A stretch of 63,902 bases of DNA, counting the filler, from Craspedostauros australis (lineage: Eukaryota), in NCBI GenBank assembly GCA_030167865.1. It is 6 parts of 6 records of this genome, joined end to end, with 100 filler letters (N's around TTAATTAATTAA, not from the genome) between each part and the next. Parts side by side here need not be neighbours in the genome. Positions count along the whole stretch, not along the records: positions 42,281 to 61,253 come from JALAGF010003961.1; positions 61,354 to 63,902 come from JALAGF010003967.1; 4 more parts are not named here. One strand, written 5' to 3'. Within the stretch, counting starts at the first letter, position 1. Each line of letters begins with the position of its first letter. Below the pieces are notes generated by a model that worked only from the letters and a program-made list of their open reading frames with translations, was not told the origin of the DNA and did not search any database. Positions 54,304-63,902 of this stretch are shown here, piece by piece. Both the position numbers and the translations under genes were made by a program.

Positions 54304-54540
54304 ACGGCCGTTGTAGATTATGACAAAGGCAGATCGATCGATCCATGATTCCATTGTGGCAGAATGAATAGGAATACACACACACAAACGCAAACAACAC
54401 TCCTCGAAGTACCATCCACATGCATCGTCTATCGTGTTGTCTCTAATTGGTTAGCTGTGCTCGTTTGTTCTCTTTTTCATTCGTTCCTACTCGTATGTGC
54501 GTTCGTCAATGTAAACTCTACGAATGCTTGATCCATTCAT

Positions 54541-54578
54541 TGGTTGGTTGGTTGATTGATTGATTGATTGATTGATTG
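54541..54578. repeat. Compound (TGGT)n(TGAT)n tetranucleotide microsatellite between convergent genes
   Basis: tggttggttggttgattgattgattgattgattgattg seen directly. Confidence 0.9.
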
Positions 54579-54644
54579 TGGAAAGTATGTACGGACGTAT
54601 GTACTTTTTGGCCCCATGTATTTTCATTCATTTCACTTCCTTCG

Positions 54645-56720
54645 TCACGTCGCCGCAGCATCGGGCGATACCACCTTGGGCTCCATCGTCTCCACAATCT
54701 CATCGTACCCGCCGTACCCGAATTGATGCTCCAGCACGTACCGCGCTTCGTCGGCATCCGGGATGACGGGATCATCGCAGCCCGTGTCGCAGAAGGACGG
54801 CAATTCGTGTTCGACCGCCGGCACCATGACGTCGCAGGCACCCAGCGATTCGGCGGGATTCCACAGCCACTTGTGTCCTTCCGTGGCGCGGATCATGGCC
54901 GGCAGCACCTCGTCTTCCAGCTCGAAGGGATTGTCGAGATCATCCTTGGCCATGACGCTGTACAGGAATCGGAACGACCGGCTGCCGTTGACGCGCATGA
55001 CGAGGGACAGCCATTGCACGAGGCAGGCGCGCAGATTGTGCGCATCGTTCGACAGCGGCAGCGTGTCGTAGCACGATGGCGCCGGCGTCACCGTGTCGGG
55101 CGCGTAAAAGTAGGGCGAGTAGGCATGCAGGAAGACCGCGTTCTTGCCGCCGCCGTCGAGGCCCAGATCGATCGTGCCGGTTTCTTCGTCTTCCTCGTCG
55201 TCGTCGTAATCCCAATTCTCGTCATACAGGATGCGTTCCATGACACCGAATTTGGATGCGATGGGGTCATCCCTCATGGAGACGTGGATGTACTGCGGTC
55301 CGTCAGGGAAGGAGCTGCAGGTGCTGCCGATGGTGACCACCGTGAGGCTCTTCTTCAACGACTCCTCGAGGATTTGGCGCGCGCACGGTGACATGGAGTT
55401 GGTGGAAGGCGTCAACGAGTCTTCGATCCATTCGGAGATGGCTGCCGCGACCTGATTCGTCGCGGCGCTGTAACACATGAGCACCAAATGCGGTTGCTGT
55501 TGTTGATTCTGCTGTGGTGTTGCTGTTTGACCGTATCCAGATTGCTGCTGTTTCTGCTTCTGTTGAAGCAAATCATCATCGTCGCCGTCTTCATCGTCGC
55601 TGTCACTTTCACCATCGTTATCACAATCGCCGCCATCATCCTTGGACAAGGAGGCGACGGCCGTGTCGATCATCTTGCGCACGCTGCGTTTGAAATCCGT
55701 GTCGTACAAGCCTGGTCGTCCCGCCAGGACCATGCGCAGTCGATCCAGATCCTGATTTTGGACGACGAACTGGACCTGTTGTGGATCCGCCGCCGTGAAG
55801 AGCGCTTCATTGTCGTCGTCGTTGGTGTTTGTGGCTTCGTGCTGATCGATGGCATCTTGCACCAGACGCTGGATGGTGGGATGATGGATATTGCCCACGG
55901 CTGCATCGAGCAAAGGCACGTGCGGTGCGTACGAGCAGGCAGTGTGATGGTGATGACCGCCGTTGCTGCCGTCATCGATGTTGGGCTGCTTGAATTCCAA
56001 GTCCGAATGCGATGCGCAATGCAAGTAGGACAGCGGCAATTCCTGCAACGCCGATGATGCGAATTGGACCATGTCCTTGGTTTGATCCATGGTCATATCC
56101 AGCGCAGGTCCGCAGAGAATGACCGTCTCTGCGTCATTGCCTTTGGCGTTGTGGTTGATCGTGTATCCACCCAGCAAGCAGTCCTCGCCAACCGTGAGCG
56201 ATCTTCGGATGTACCGCAACGGCGTCTCGCCATGCAGCAGCATCTTTTCGAATATATCCTTCGTGTCGAATGCTTCGTCCTCGTCGTCTTCGTCGACATC
56301 GTCATCAACCTCCATCACATCGTCTTCGTTTGTGTCGCCGTCGCTGTTGAGATTACTGCCAATCTCACCACAGTGATTGGCGTCGCCAGAATGAAAGATG
56401 GCAAACTTTCCATCGTATTCCAAATCCATGGGATGATCATCCGCATGCCCATGCAGTATCTTTCTGTATTTCGGTGGCGACAACGGCGACGACGATGACA
56501 ACGAGGCAGTCGTACTGCCTTCCATGAATTCCTTGAGCGGCAGTAGCTGCTCATCGGAGAAGGTGTTCAAGAGGGTGACGTTCATGGGCACTCGAATGAC
56601 CCGAGCTGCGACATCATCCCTGCATGCCTGCAATGCGGCTCGGTTTGGGCGCGTGGCACGACCGACGTGAAATGCTTGCGACGGAATCATGCCCGCGCAC
56701 AGCATCAGGAACAGCATCAT
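54645..56720 (-). CDS. Putative plastid-targeted protein with a C-terminal alpha/beta-hydrolase-like domain
   Basis: Signal peptide MMLFLMLCAGMIPSQA|FHVGRATRPNRAAL (ASAFAP-like) and acidic tracts. Motifs PHLVLMCYSAA, LTVVTIGS, YIHVSMRDDPIA and DAHN. The start could be one of several Met codons up to ~56760. Confidence 0.7.
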   Translation of the reverse strand: MMLFLMLCAGMIPSQAFHVGRATRPNRAALQACRDDVAARVIRVPMNVTLLNTFSDEQLLPLKEFMEGSTTASLSSSSPLSPPKYRKILHGHADDHPMDLEYDGKFAIFHSGDANHCGEIGSNLNSDGDTNEDDVMEVDDDVDEDDEDEAFDTKDIFEKMLLHGETPLRYIRRSLTVGEDCLLGGYTINHNAKGNDAETVILCGPALDMTMDQTKDMVQFASSALQELPLSYLHCASHSDLEFKQPNIDDGSNGGHHHHTACSYAPHVPLLDAAVGNIHHPTIQRLVQDAIDQHEATNTNDDDNEALFTAADPQQVQFVVQNQDLDRLRMVLAGRPGLYDTDFKRSVRKMIDTAVASLSKDDGGDCDNDGESDSDDEDGDDDDLLQQKQKQQQSGYGQTATPQQNQQQQPHLVLMCYSAATNQVAAAISEWIEDSLTPSTNSMSPCARQILEESLKKSLTVVTIGSTCSSFPDGPQYIHVSMRDDPIASKFGVMERILYDENWDYDDDEEDEETGTIDLGLDGGGKNAVFLHAYSPYFYAPDTVTPAPSCYDTLPLSNDAHNLRACLVQWLSLVMRVNGSRSFRFLYSVMAKDDLDNPFELEDEVLPAMIRATEGHKWLWNPAESLGACDVMVPAVEHELPSFCDTGCDDPVIPDADEARYVLEHQFGYGGYDEIVETMEPKVVSPDAAAT

Positions 56721-59069
56721 CGTCGCCTTTGTGGGTGCGTTTGTGAGCATGGTCATGATGGCCGAGGAACGTGCCATCCACAGAACGGCGTCAAGCAATG
56801 GAAGTCGCAGTCTCTGAATTCTGTGGAATGGACCGATTCTGCACTGATTCTACTCGCACACTGACGCACGATTTCTTCTCTCTCTCTGTCTTCTTTTGCC
56901 TATGCCTATGCTTGCCTCTTATGATGCCTCTTGTGATGCCTCTGTCTGTGTCTGTGTCTAGCTGTATCTGATCGTCTTTGTTTGCTTCTGTTTGTGATTG
57001 TGATTGTGTGATTGTGATTGTGTTTGAGTTTGTGTTTGTGTTTGGAGAGTTGTTGGTCGCCCACTGCTTGTTCTGCTTGTTCTTTGGGACTCCGATCCAA
57101 TCCCAGCTCGGCTCGTTGTCGATAGAGACTCACTCACACGTGTGTCCTCTCACAATGACGACGACCTCCAATTGCCATCAATTGCTGCCCTCTCTCTGAT
57201 GTTGGCCGCGCTCTGCAATGAGTAATGCGATACGCACCCCCTTTGCATCTCCTTTGCAACACTTTTGCACCTTTCGTTCGTTTGTTCGTTTGTTCGTTGG
57301 TTGTTCCTTCGTTTTGCGTTGATGTTTTGGTTGACGTTGGTGAAGTTTGATATTCCTTGATGTCGCTATGCCATGATGTCATGTTGTGTCGTGTTGCGTT
57401 GCATTGTGGTGTGTTCTTTTCCTTCTGTTCGCATTCTCGCCTTTTTGTTGTGACAGCGCACCACTCCGCGTCGTGTGCGTGTGTGACGACGACCTTCTTC
57501 TGTGATCTTCGTATGTCCGTTTGTTCCCGAACACCATTGTTGACGTCAACCATGTGTCCGATCACGGTGCGAAAGTGGAAAATGCAGGTTGTTCTTCCAT
57601 TTTTCGAACGTTATTTCTTCAGATTCGAAATGGAGCTGACTCCATTTAGTCTACTTCATGATTTATTCGTTGCAGTCGCCTGTGCAGTTTCTGGAAATCA
57701 CGATTGATTTTGATTCGGGACCGCGATCTGTAATTTGGCGAGTTTGTTCTTGTCCCGACAACTTCGCTCAACTCCGTAATTTCATCATGACACGACCTGG
57801 CAACCCAACATCTGGGTCCGCATCGTCGTTGTCATCCACAGCGACATCTCCTCTCCGCATCGCAGTCCATAACGAACAAGAGACGTCGTGACCAACAGTG
57901 TGGGCAGCGGAACCGTGAGAAAGAGGAGCGTTCCTTTTGTCGACCTGTTTCGAAGATGCTCGCCACAATTCTCGCTTCATTCCCGCCGTGCCTCCTCGAA
58001 GGAATCCACGAAGCAGCAGCAGCATCACCAAGCAACCAAGAGTCGGGAGAAAGATAGAACAAATAAAAACAGAGAAAGAAGGAGGAGAGAGAGAACACAG
58101 GAAGGGTGCGCATCTCTTGCAGTTGCATTGCTGGCAGTTTCCTTTCCTCTGTTCTGGGCGGTGTCCATTGATGGGGACTGGTCGGTACCATGATGTGCGA
58201 TCGGCGACTGGCACGTTGTGCATGACCTTTGTGTGCGACGGAGCGTAGCTCTTCTTGGAGATTTCATGCTGATCTCTGCGTGGAGAGCGAGGAGAGTGCT
58301 CTGCTCTCGCTGCATTCTGCTCTGAACGGGTAATAGGAGGATCGTAGAGTAGGGTAGAATAGAATAGAATAGAGCAGAGTATTCTACATGCTGGTGCTCT
58401 AGCCTGGTTGCCATCGTTTTGTTTGGTCTTGTGCAGAACAAGACCAGTCATCGCCAGTTTGTGAGTGAAGCACATTGTTGCATCCACACCACGACCACGC
58501 ATGTCGCATGACACAGATAGGACACGCTTCGATATCAACACTGATCAGTGTTACGGATAGATCCGTTGAAAGCAGAGATGCGACACAGAATCGACTCGGA
58601 GACGACTCGTTTGGCACGATCCGCCATGTGTCAACGCATCTCATTGAATTGGGCGGATTGTTTGGGTCGTCCAACACCGATTGACAGCGAAGTGGGCAAC
58701 GCTGCACGGTACTGACCGGTTGGCCCCGTGAGAGTTTGTTTGGCGCAAAAATTCGAGAAGGGTCCAACCATCAAGAAGAACACCGCTGAGAGCAGTCACG
58801 CCAAAAAGCGGAAGCGTCGGCGGAAGGGCGGAAAGCGAATGACTGTGCTTTTGTGGGCCATCCGCATCGAATGTGTTCACCGTTCACAAACAAGCGACAC
58901 CACGAACCACATCGCCAGCACAAAGAACAAAACTGAACAGGAGGCACGCAGAGGGACAGAACCGCCACAACAACACTTTGCAACCATCGCAACCCCTTCG
59001 AAGCATCCCAGTCATCAGAACAGCACAGCGAACCCGCACTCGCACTCACATTCACATTCACTCAGAGCC

Positions 59070-60041
59070 ATGATGTCAGAAGCTTCCAGGAAGCTTCCAA
59101 ATACCATCTCCCCGCCACGCAGGAGAAGGATCAGCGCCTGTGGTCGTAGAGGTGATTGTCATGACGACAGGCCCAGCCATAAAACCCAAAAGCAAGACAA
59201 GAACACCACACCATCCAACAACACCAACACCAACAACACCAAGGACGCTAACAACATCACGAGCTCACCAGTTGCACTCAACGCATCAGAAGTTCCGCAA
59301 CAGCATCAGACGCACCAATCACCACCACCAACAGCCAACCCATCGACGATGACAGGAACAACGACAATGACGTCGAGAACAACGGCACAATCGAGTGCGG
59401 ATCAACCGCAGCATCACAATCACAACCAACAGCACCAACACGCAATGCCACCAAGCAGCGACAGTAGCAACACCGGCAGCAACACCAGACTGACTGCCGG
59501 AAAGACGACGATGCCAATCCGCCCAGCTTTGAAGTCGGAGTCGAAGAGCGATTCCGCTGGATCGCATCCACACGGCCAACGGACGCAACGGCGCGTCACC
59601 TTCCAATCAACGCCACCGACCGTCGCCACCATCCCGCACTCATCGGATTACACGCAGGAAGAGTTCCACGACACATGGTACACGCGCGACGAGTACGCCA
59701 AGATCATGCGCGAGACGCAGGACGTCGTCGTCACGTACATGTACCTCATGCAGCACCAGCAGTACCAGCATCTGAAGAAGCTCACGATGAGAGGACTGGA
59801 ATCGACGTTCGGCAACGAATCGCAGCTCAAATCGCAACGACGCATGCAGCAGCTGCATGCCATCCTGACCGTGCAACAGCACGTGCAGTCGGACGCCGAC
59901 GCCGAGAACATGGCCAACATGTGCCTCAAGCTGTCCGCCGCCGGTGTCGGGGAAGCCATCATGCGAGGCAAACGCGATCGCGATGAGGAGATACGCATGC
60001 GGGGGATGCACGGTTCGAGCTTGCGAACGGTGTCGTCGTGA
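59070..60041 (+). CDS. Diatom-type uncharacterised protein (RVxF...WY...RGLE family)
   Basis: Low-complexity N-terminus, then RPALK, RRVTF, TIPHSSDYTQEEFHDTWYTRDEY and MRGLE. Start placed at the first ATG (MMSEAS). Confidence 0.75.
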   Translation: MMSEASRKLPNTISPPRRRRISACGRRGDCHDDRPSHKTQKQDKNTTPSNNTNTNNTKDANNITSSPVALNASEVPQQHQTHQSPPPTANPSTMTGTTTMTSRTTAQSSADQPQHHNHNQQHQHAMPPSSDSSNTGSNTRLTAGKTTMPIRPALKSESKSDSAGSHPHGQRTQRRVTFQSTPPTVATIPHSSDYTQEEFHDTWYTRDEYAKIMRETQDVVVTYMYLMQHQQYQHLKKLTMRGLESTFGNESQLKSQRRMQQLHAILTVQQHVQSDADAENMANMCLKLSAAGVGEAIMRGKRDRDEEIRMRGMHGSSLRTVSS

Positions 60042-61253
60042 GGCTGGCCGCAGGTCCACAGCACACAACTAATGATTCCTCGCTGCTGCTGACATCAACA
60101 GTGGCGATGAGGAGCAATCACGCGTGCAATCAATCTTCTTCCACTGACCTCGAACATTGGGACGCTGCGCCAAGATGTAGTCCGCAACGCCACCATCAAT
60201 CCAAAAGAACACATGGTCTCGCTGTCAACGAACATACTCCACATACCTTGCACACAAATTACACCACAGAATAGAATAGAATACTCGTACATACACAGCA
60301 CACCACTCAACACACTATCCATTCTCAGTATTACTCGCATACACGCACATCCAGTTCTCAAGCATCGTGGAGTACGACTTAACGTACGACTCCACACACA
60401 GAGACATGAAGGAGACGGAGACACCACATCATCGCGACACAGACCATCCACTTCACACCAGGACGCACGATTCTTGGTTGAACAACATCGGCGTTGGGAC
60501 GGAGAAGTGGAATCATCATGGTGTCAACACAACCCAACTCTATCCTATTCTCCCAATTGTAGACCTTCGGAGTAACGTGACGTCAGCTCATGTACCTCTC
60601 GTGAATCAATCGTTTGATTGTCTCGACCTGGATTGCTCGAATCAGTCGATGCGCGTTGAAGAACAACGAAGCCAAAGTGTGAATGTACACTGGGCTTTTC
60701 TTATTTTTTATCATCAGTTTTCGGGTTTGGTCGTGGACCGTTTCGTTTCGTTTGGCGAATCGAGCTAAATGTAACGACTGTGTAGTCAGGATGGAGAAGC
60801 ATTCAATAGAGGGTTCGAGTGGCTATTTTTTGGCATGGCCGGCGACCCCAGCCAATCAAATGGCTTAGACTTTATCACTTCGACGAGCAAGCCATCCCAT
60901 TGAAGGGTGAATTGAGGGGAGATTGAGTCAATTTTCCCGAGCTTTGTTGCGCTTGGGGTTCTCATTTGGAACCGTGTGACGCAGACGATCTGTTCCCTGT
61001 CCGATTGATTCTCGTTGTGAACGCTGACAGAGGCGGTGGGATTGCGTGGTCGGTTTCGCATGAGGGATTGTCGAACTTTGACACTTTCTCAGAAATCACG
61101 TATTGAACAAATGAAATGTAATTAGTTACATGCAGTATCTCCATTTGAGTATCTCGAGGCGACAAACTTCATTGTCGTAACAGAACGACGATTCCGGCCG
61201 ATACGTTCATGATATCGTTGCGATGGTACTATAGTATGCTCAGCATTGTTGTC

Positions 61254-61353
61254 NNNNNNNNNNNNNNNNNNNNNNNNNNNNNNNNNNNNNNNNNNNNTTA
61301 ATTAATTAANNNNNNNNNNNNNNNNNNNNNNNNNNNNNNNNNNNNNNNNNNNN
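61254..61353. other. Artificial contig linker/gap
   Basis: N-TTAATTAATTAA-N, 100 nt. Confidence 0.97.
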
Positions 61354-61995
61354 CATGATGGGAATGTCGGAGGCGGCGGAACAGCAGCGGTGCTGGCATC
61401 GCCAACAGCACCAGGATCCGTCTCCATCCACAGCTCGTCGCTTTCCGTAGAGGGCGTGCACCTGCCCGATTCGCACGTCCTGGACGGAGTCATGCTGCAA
61501 CGCAACGGTCATGGCATTCGGTCCATCAACTTCTTCGGCTTTGAGATCAAGGCCTACGTGGCTGGACTGTACACAGAGGTGACGGTGAATTCGGAGGAGG
61601 ACGTGCTGTCGTACCTGGAATCCGGCAGTCCCATGATCTTCGATTGCACATTTCTCAAGAGCGTTGGACAGGGTCGTGTGACCTCAGCGTGGGAGCAGCA
61701 GCTGGAGTACAGCGTGACGCATCGGTACGACCACTACGAGAAGGACAGGGATCGGTTCATCGGCATGTTCGGTCCCATCAAGGCATACGGCAAGGAGATG
61801 ATGCAGCTGATCGGCGACGAGACGGTGGTGTACGACCAAGGCCAGCGGAAGGGGTCCATCCCCGGCAGGGACTTTCAGCGTGCGTTCCTGAGCATGTGGT
61901 TTGGCGAGAAGGCCGTGGCGGACGATCTGAAGCGGGGCCTGCTGGGTGAACTGAATTCCAATAGCAAGATGAAGCTGGCCGTTGTGGAAGCATGA
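61354..61995 (+). CDS. Chalcone isomerase-fold (CHI-like/fatty-acid-binding) protein, 5' partial
   Basis: VEGVHLP..LQRNGHGIRSINFFGFEIKAYVAGLY, FLKSV and KGSIPGRDFQRAFLSMWFGEKAVADDLKRGLLG. The frame is open to the gap. Confidence 0.85.
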   Translation, partial: HDGNVGGGGTAAVLASPTAPGSVSIHSSSLSVEGVHLPDSHVLDGVMLQRNGHGIRSINFFGFEIKAYVAGLYTEVTVNSEEDVLSYLESGSPMIFDCTFLKSVGQGRVTSAWEQQLEYSVTHRYDHYEKDRDRFIGMFGPIKAYGKEMMQLIGDETVVYDQGQRKGSIPGRDFQRAFLSMWFGEKAVADDLKRGLLGELNSNSKMKLAVVEA

Positions 61996-62402
61996 TGGGC
62001 GAGCAGAATTGGCTTGATTGCATTGCGCTCTGTTTGGCAGGGTTGCGAGTGTCAGTAGCGACACCAATCATCGTATGGTAGAGCAGAGCGAGTTGCCGCC
62101 GCTACATACACAACAGATTCGAGGAACTGAAGTTCATTTTGAGTGCTGAAGTTGAACAGAATCATAATGGAACTGTAGCCCTATTTATGCGAGAGAAGGG
62201 TAATGTGGCTATCATTGAGCGTACTCCCATGGTATGAATCTCCAGTTTGCTCCCAATCAAATGGAACGGAGCGGAGCTAAATGAAAACCCAGGCGGCGTC
62301 ACAAACAGTGTTGGCGTCAGGACGGTGAGAAAGTCGAAGTATAGTGCACTCCTCTTTCTTCTTGTTCCTTGCTTGATTTCGCCTGCTCTACTCTACTCTA
62401 CT

Positions 62403-63521
62403 CTACCTGCGCCTCAACAAACCTTTCGACAGCTTTGCTGCCGCGTACTTGAACGATCTGCTGAATCCGAGAGTGAAGATGCCCTTCATGGATTGATATC
62501 TGGCTGGTTTGCCCACGGTGTCTTCCAGCTTGGACATCAGCCGTTGCTGCGCATCTCCATCGAACTTCACCGCATTCGTTCTTGTTGGCATGTTTGCGTT
62601 TGCGTTTGCGTTCGTTAGCGGCTTTCGACTCTCTGTCGATGCGGTTGATTCATGCACCGACGAATTCAAGGCCTGGAAGGAAGGCGGCAAGCATTCCCAC
62701 AGGCAGCGCCGAGCCGCGCTACTCTTGCAATCCCACTCCACGCCAGCATCGCTCAGCTGCAACACTCCCTGAGTTTCCAGCGTCTGCGTAACTGAAGATT
62801 GACGATACATGGAGTGGAAGCGATCCAGCTGACCGGGTGCTTGGATCAGCTTCGTCACCTTCAATGGATCTTCTCCCCCAACCTTCATCCGAAAGTCGCC
62901 CGTGTAGCTTAACGAAGCAATCTGCATGTACAGCTTGGACCATGGGGTGGTGCCACTCTGATCTCCAATATCCTTCGATGGACCTGCATCCGCGTCCTCA
63001 TGATCGTTTCCATCCAACAACAGCAGCGACGCCGCCACTGCCGACCGCAGGTTGGTCTCCTGCGCATCCACAAACTCGTCCGGCACCGGTGTCATGATCG
63101 GCAGCGTGGGCTTGTGCAACCGACCTGCCAGATACAGCGCGTTCCACTGCAACAGATCCGCTCGTAGATCATCCCATTGCACAATGCCGTACTTCATGGC
63201 CACGGGATCATCCACCACGTGGAACAGAACCTTGGCATCGGGCAGCGACCGCTGCAGCGTGGTTGCAATGGCTGGACCTGACCAGCGCAGCCAGGGCGTG
63301 TAATGCTGGGGGTTCTGCTGGATGTTCTGCTCGTGGAAACGATGAGCATCGTCCACAACCAGGATCATGTCGATCATGCCGCCGGCATGCGCTTGCGCTT
63401 GGATGTTCTGAGAGAAGACGCCGGATCCGTATCCAAACGCATGCATCAGATGGTGCTGTGGGAAGTGCCCGATGATGTCGCTGAGCTCATCGTGGGATGC
63501 AAGCTGTCCAGCATCCTTCAT
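62403..63521 (-). CDS. TAM41: Mitochondrial phosphatidate cytidylyltransferase (Tam41/Mmp37)
   Basis: HAFGYGSGVFSQ, MIDMILVVDD, KYGIV, WNALYLAGRLHKP, LSYTGDFRMKVGGEDPLKV, QSMKGIFTLG and YAAAKL. Start placed at the first in-frame ATG. Confidence 0.92.
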   Translation of the reverse strand: MKDAGQLASHDELSDIIGHFPQHHLMHAFGYGSGVFSQNIQAQAHAGGMIDMILVVDDAHRFHEQNIQQNPQHYTPWLRWSGPAIATTLQRSLPDAKVLFHVVDDPVAMKYGIVQWDDLRADLLQWNALYLAGRLHKPTLPIMTPVPDEFVDAQETNLRSAVAASLLLLDGNDHEDADAGPSKDIGDQSGTTPWSKLYMQIASLSYTGDFRMKVGGEDPLKVTKLIQAPGQLDRFHSMYRQSSVTQTLETQGVLQLSDAGVEWDCKSSAARRCLWECLPPSFQALNSSVHESTASTESRKPLTNANANANMPTRTNAVKFDGDAQQRLMSKLEDTVGKPARYQSMKGIFTLGFSRSFKYAAAKLSKGLLRRR

Positions 63522-63902
63522 CCTTCTGTTCGTGTCGCTGATGGCAACGTCAGTGTGATGCGGACTTCGATTGCAGATGTATAATACATAGACCGCTTGC
63601 TTCAATGGAGAGTACGAATGTGGTTAATTCGCTGTTGTTGGTCGAGGAGGAGGATTGTCAACGTCGCAGAACACAACGATGAGGAGCTGAAGTGATGCCG
63701 ACGGAACATTTCTGAGGCACATCATGTTTTGATGTTGTGGATTCGAGATCTAACATAGCGAAGCTAGAGGCCATGTATTGAACATTGCAATCGAACACTG
63801 CCGTACGTGAAGGTCACACTTGTCAGGAATCGGGGGTACGCTTTTACCAAGATACCCATGATTGCCGCACCTCCCAATAATATCTTCACAACTCGACGAG
63901 GT

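Noticed and set aside
28723..61353. Five identical palindromic TTAATTAATTAA elements, as a possible piggyBac-like target or repeat system
   Set aside because: Each is centred in a fixed 100-nt N block and gives stops in all six frames, so it is a synthetic join.
1..63902. A single physical cluster of all four STAND genes, or an operon-like system
   Set aside because: They lie on three different segments and only copies 3 and 4 are demonstrably linked. Order and distance across the gaps are unknown.

Overview
Eukaryotic genomic DNA, most likely from a diatom: it has GT-AG introns, a signal peptide plus 'SQAF' bipartite plastid-targeting motif, and several protein families I recognise as diatom-typical. 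The window is not one contiguous piece. Six segments (1-28722, 28823-32492, 32593-37378, 37479-42180, 42281-61253, 61354-63902) are joined by five artificial 100-nt N/TTAATTAATTAA/N linkers, so gene neighbourhoods across the gaps are unproven. The dominant signal is four large STAND-like P-loop ATPase genes (AAA_16/COG3899 type with a helical TPR-like tail). They resemble the core of bacterial Ser/Thr kinase-ATPase-GAF-His kinase proteins, but the complete copies have no recognisable kinase or effector domain. One copy has an intron inside Walker B and an in-frame TAG. Other content: a fragmented P-loop NTPase pseudogene, a METTL21-type methyltransferase, two tandem sulfotransferase-like type II membrane proteins, a Cys-rich Zys1-like peptide gene plus a decayed copy, a gene with a 13-nt microexon, a spliced conserved putative regulator, two near-identical copies (probably haplotypes) of a PPR + SNAPc4/Myb segment, a truncated-globin-like protein, a plastid-targeted alpha/beta-hydrolase-like protein, an RVxF-containing 'RGLE' family protein, a chalcone-isomerase-fold protein and TAM41. 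No rRNA, tRNA, CRISPR array or intact mobile element was recognised. All family calls come from motif recognition by eye, not from searches.
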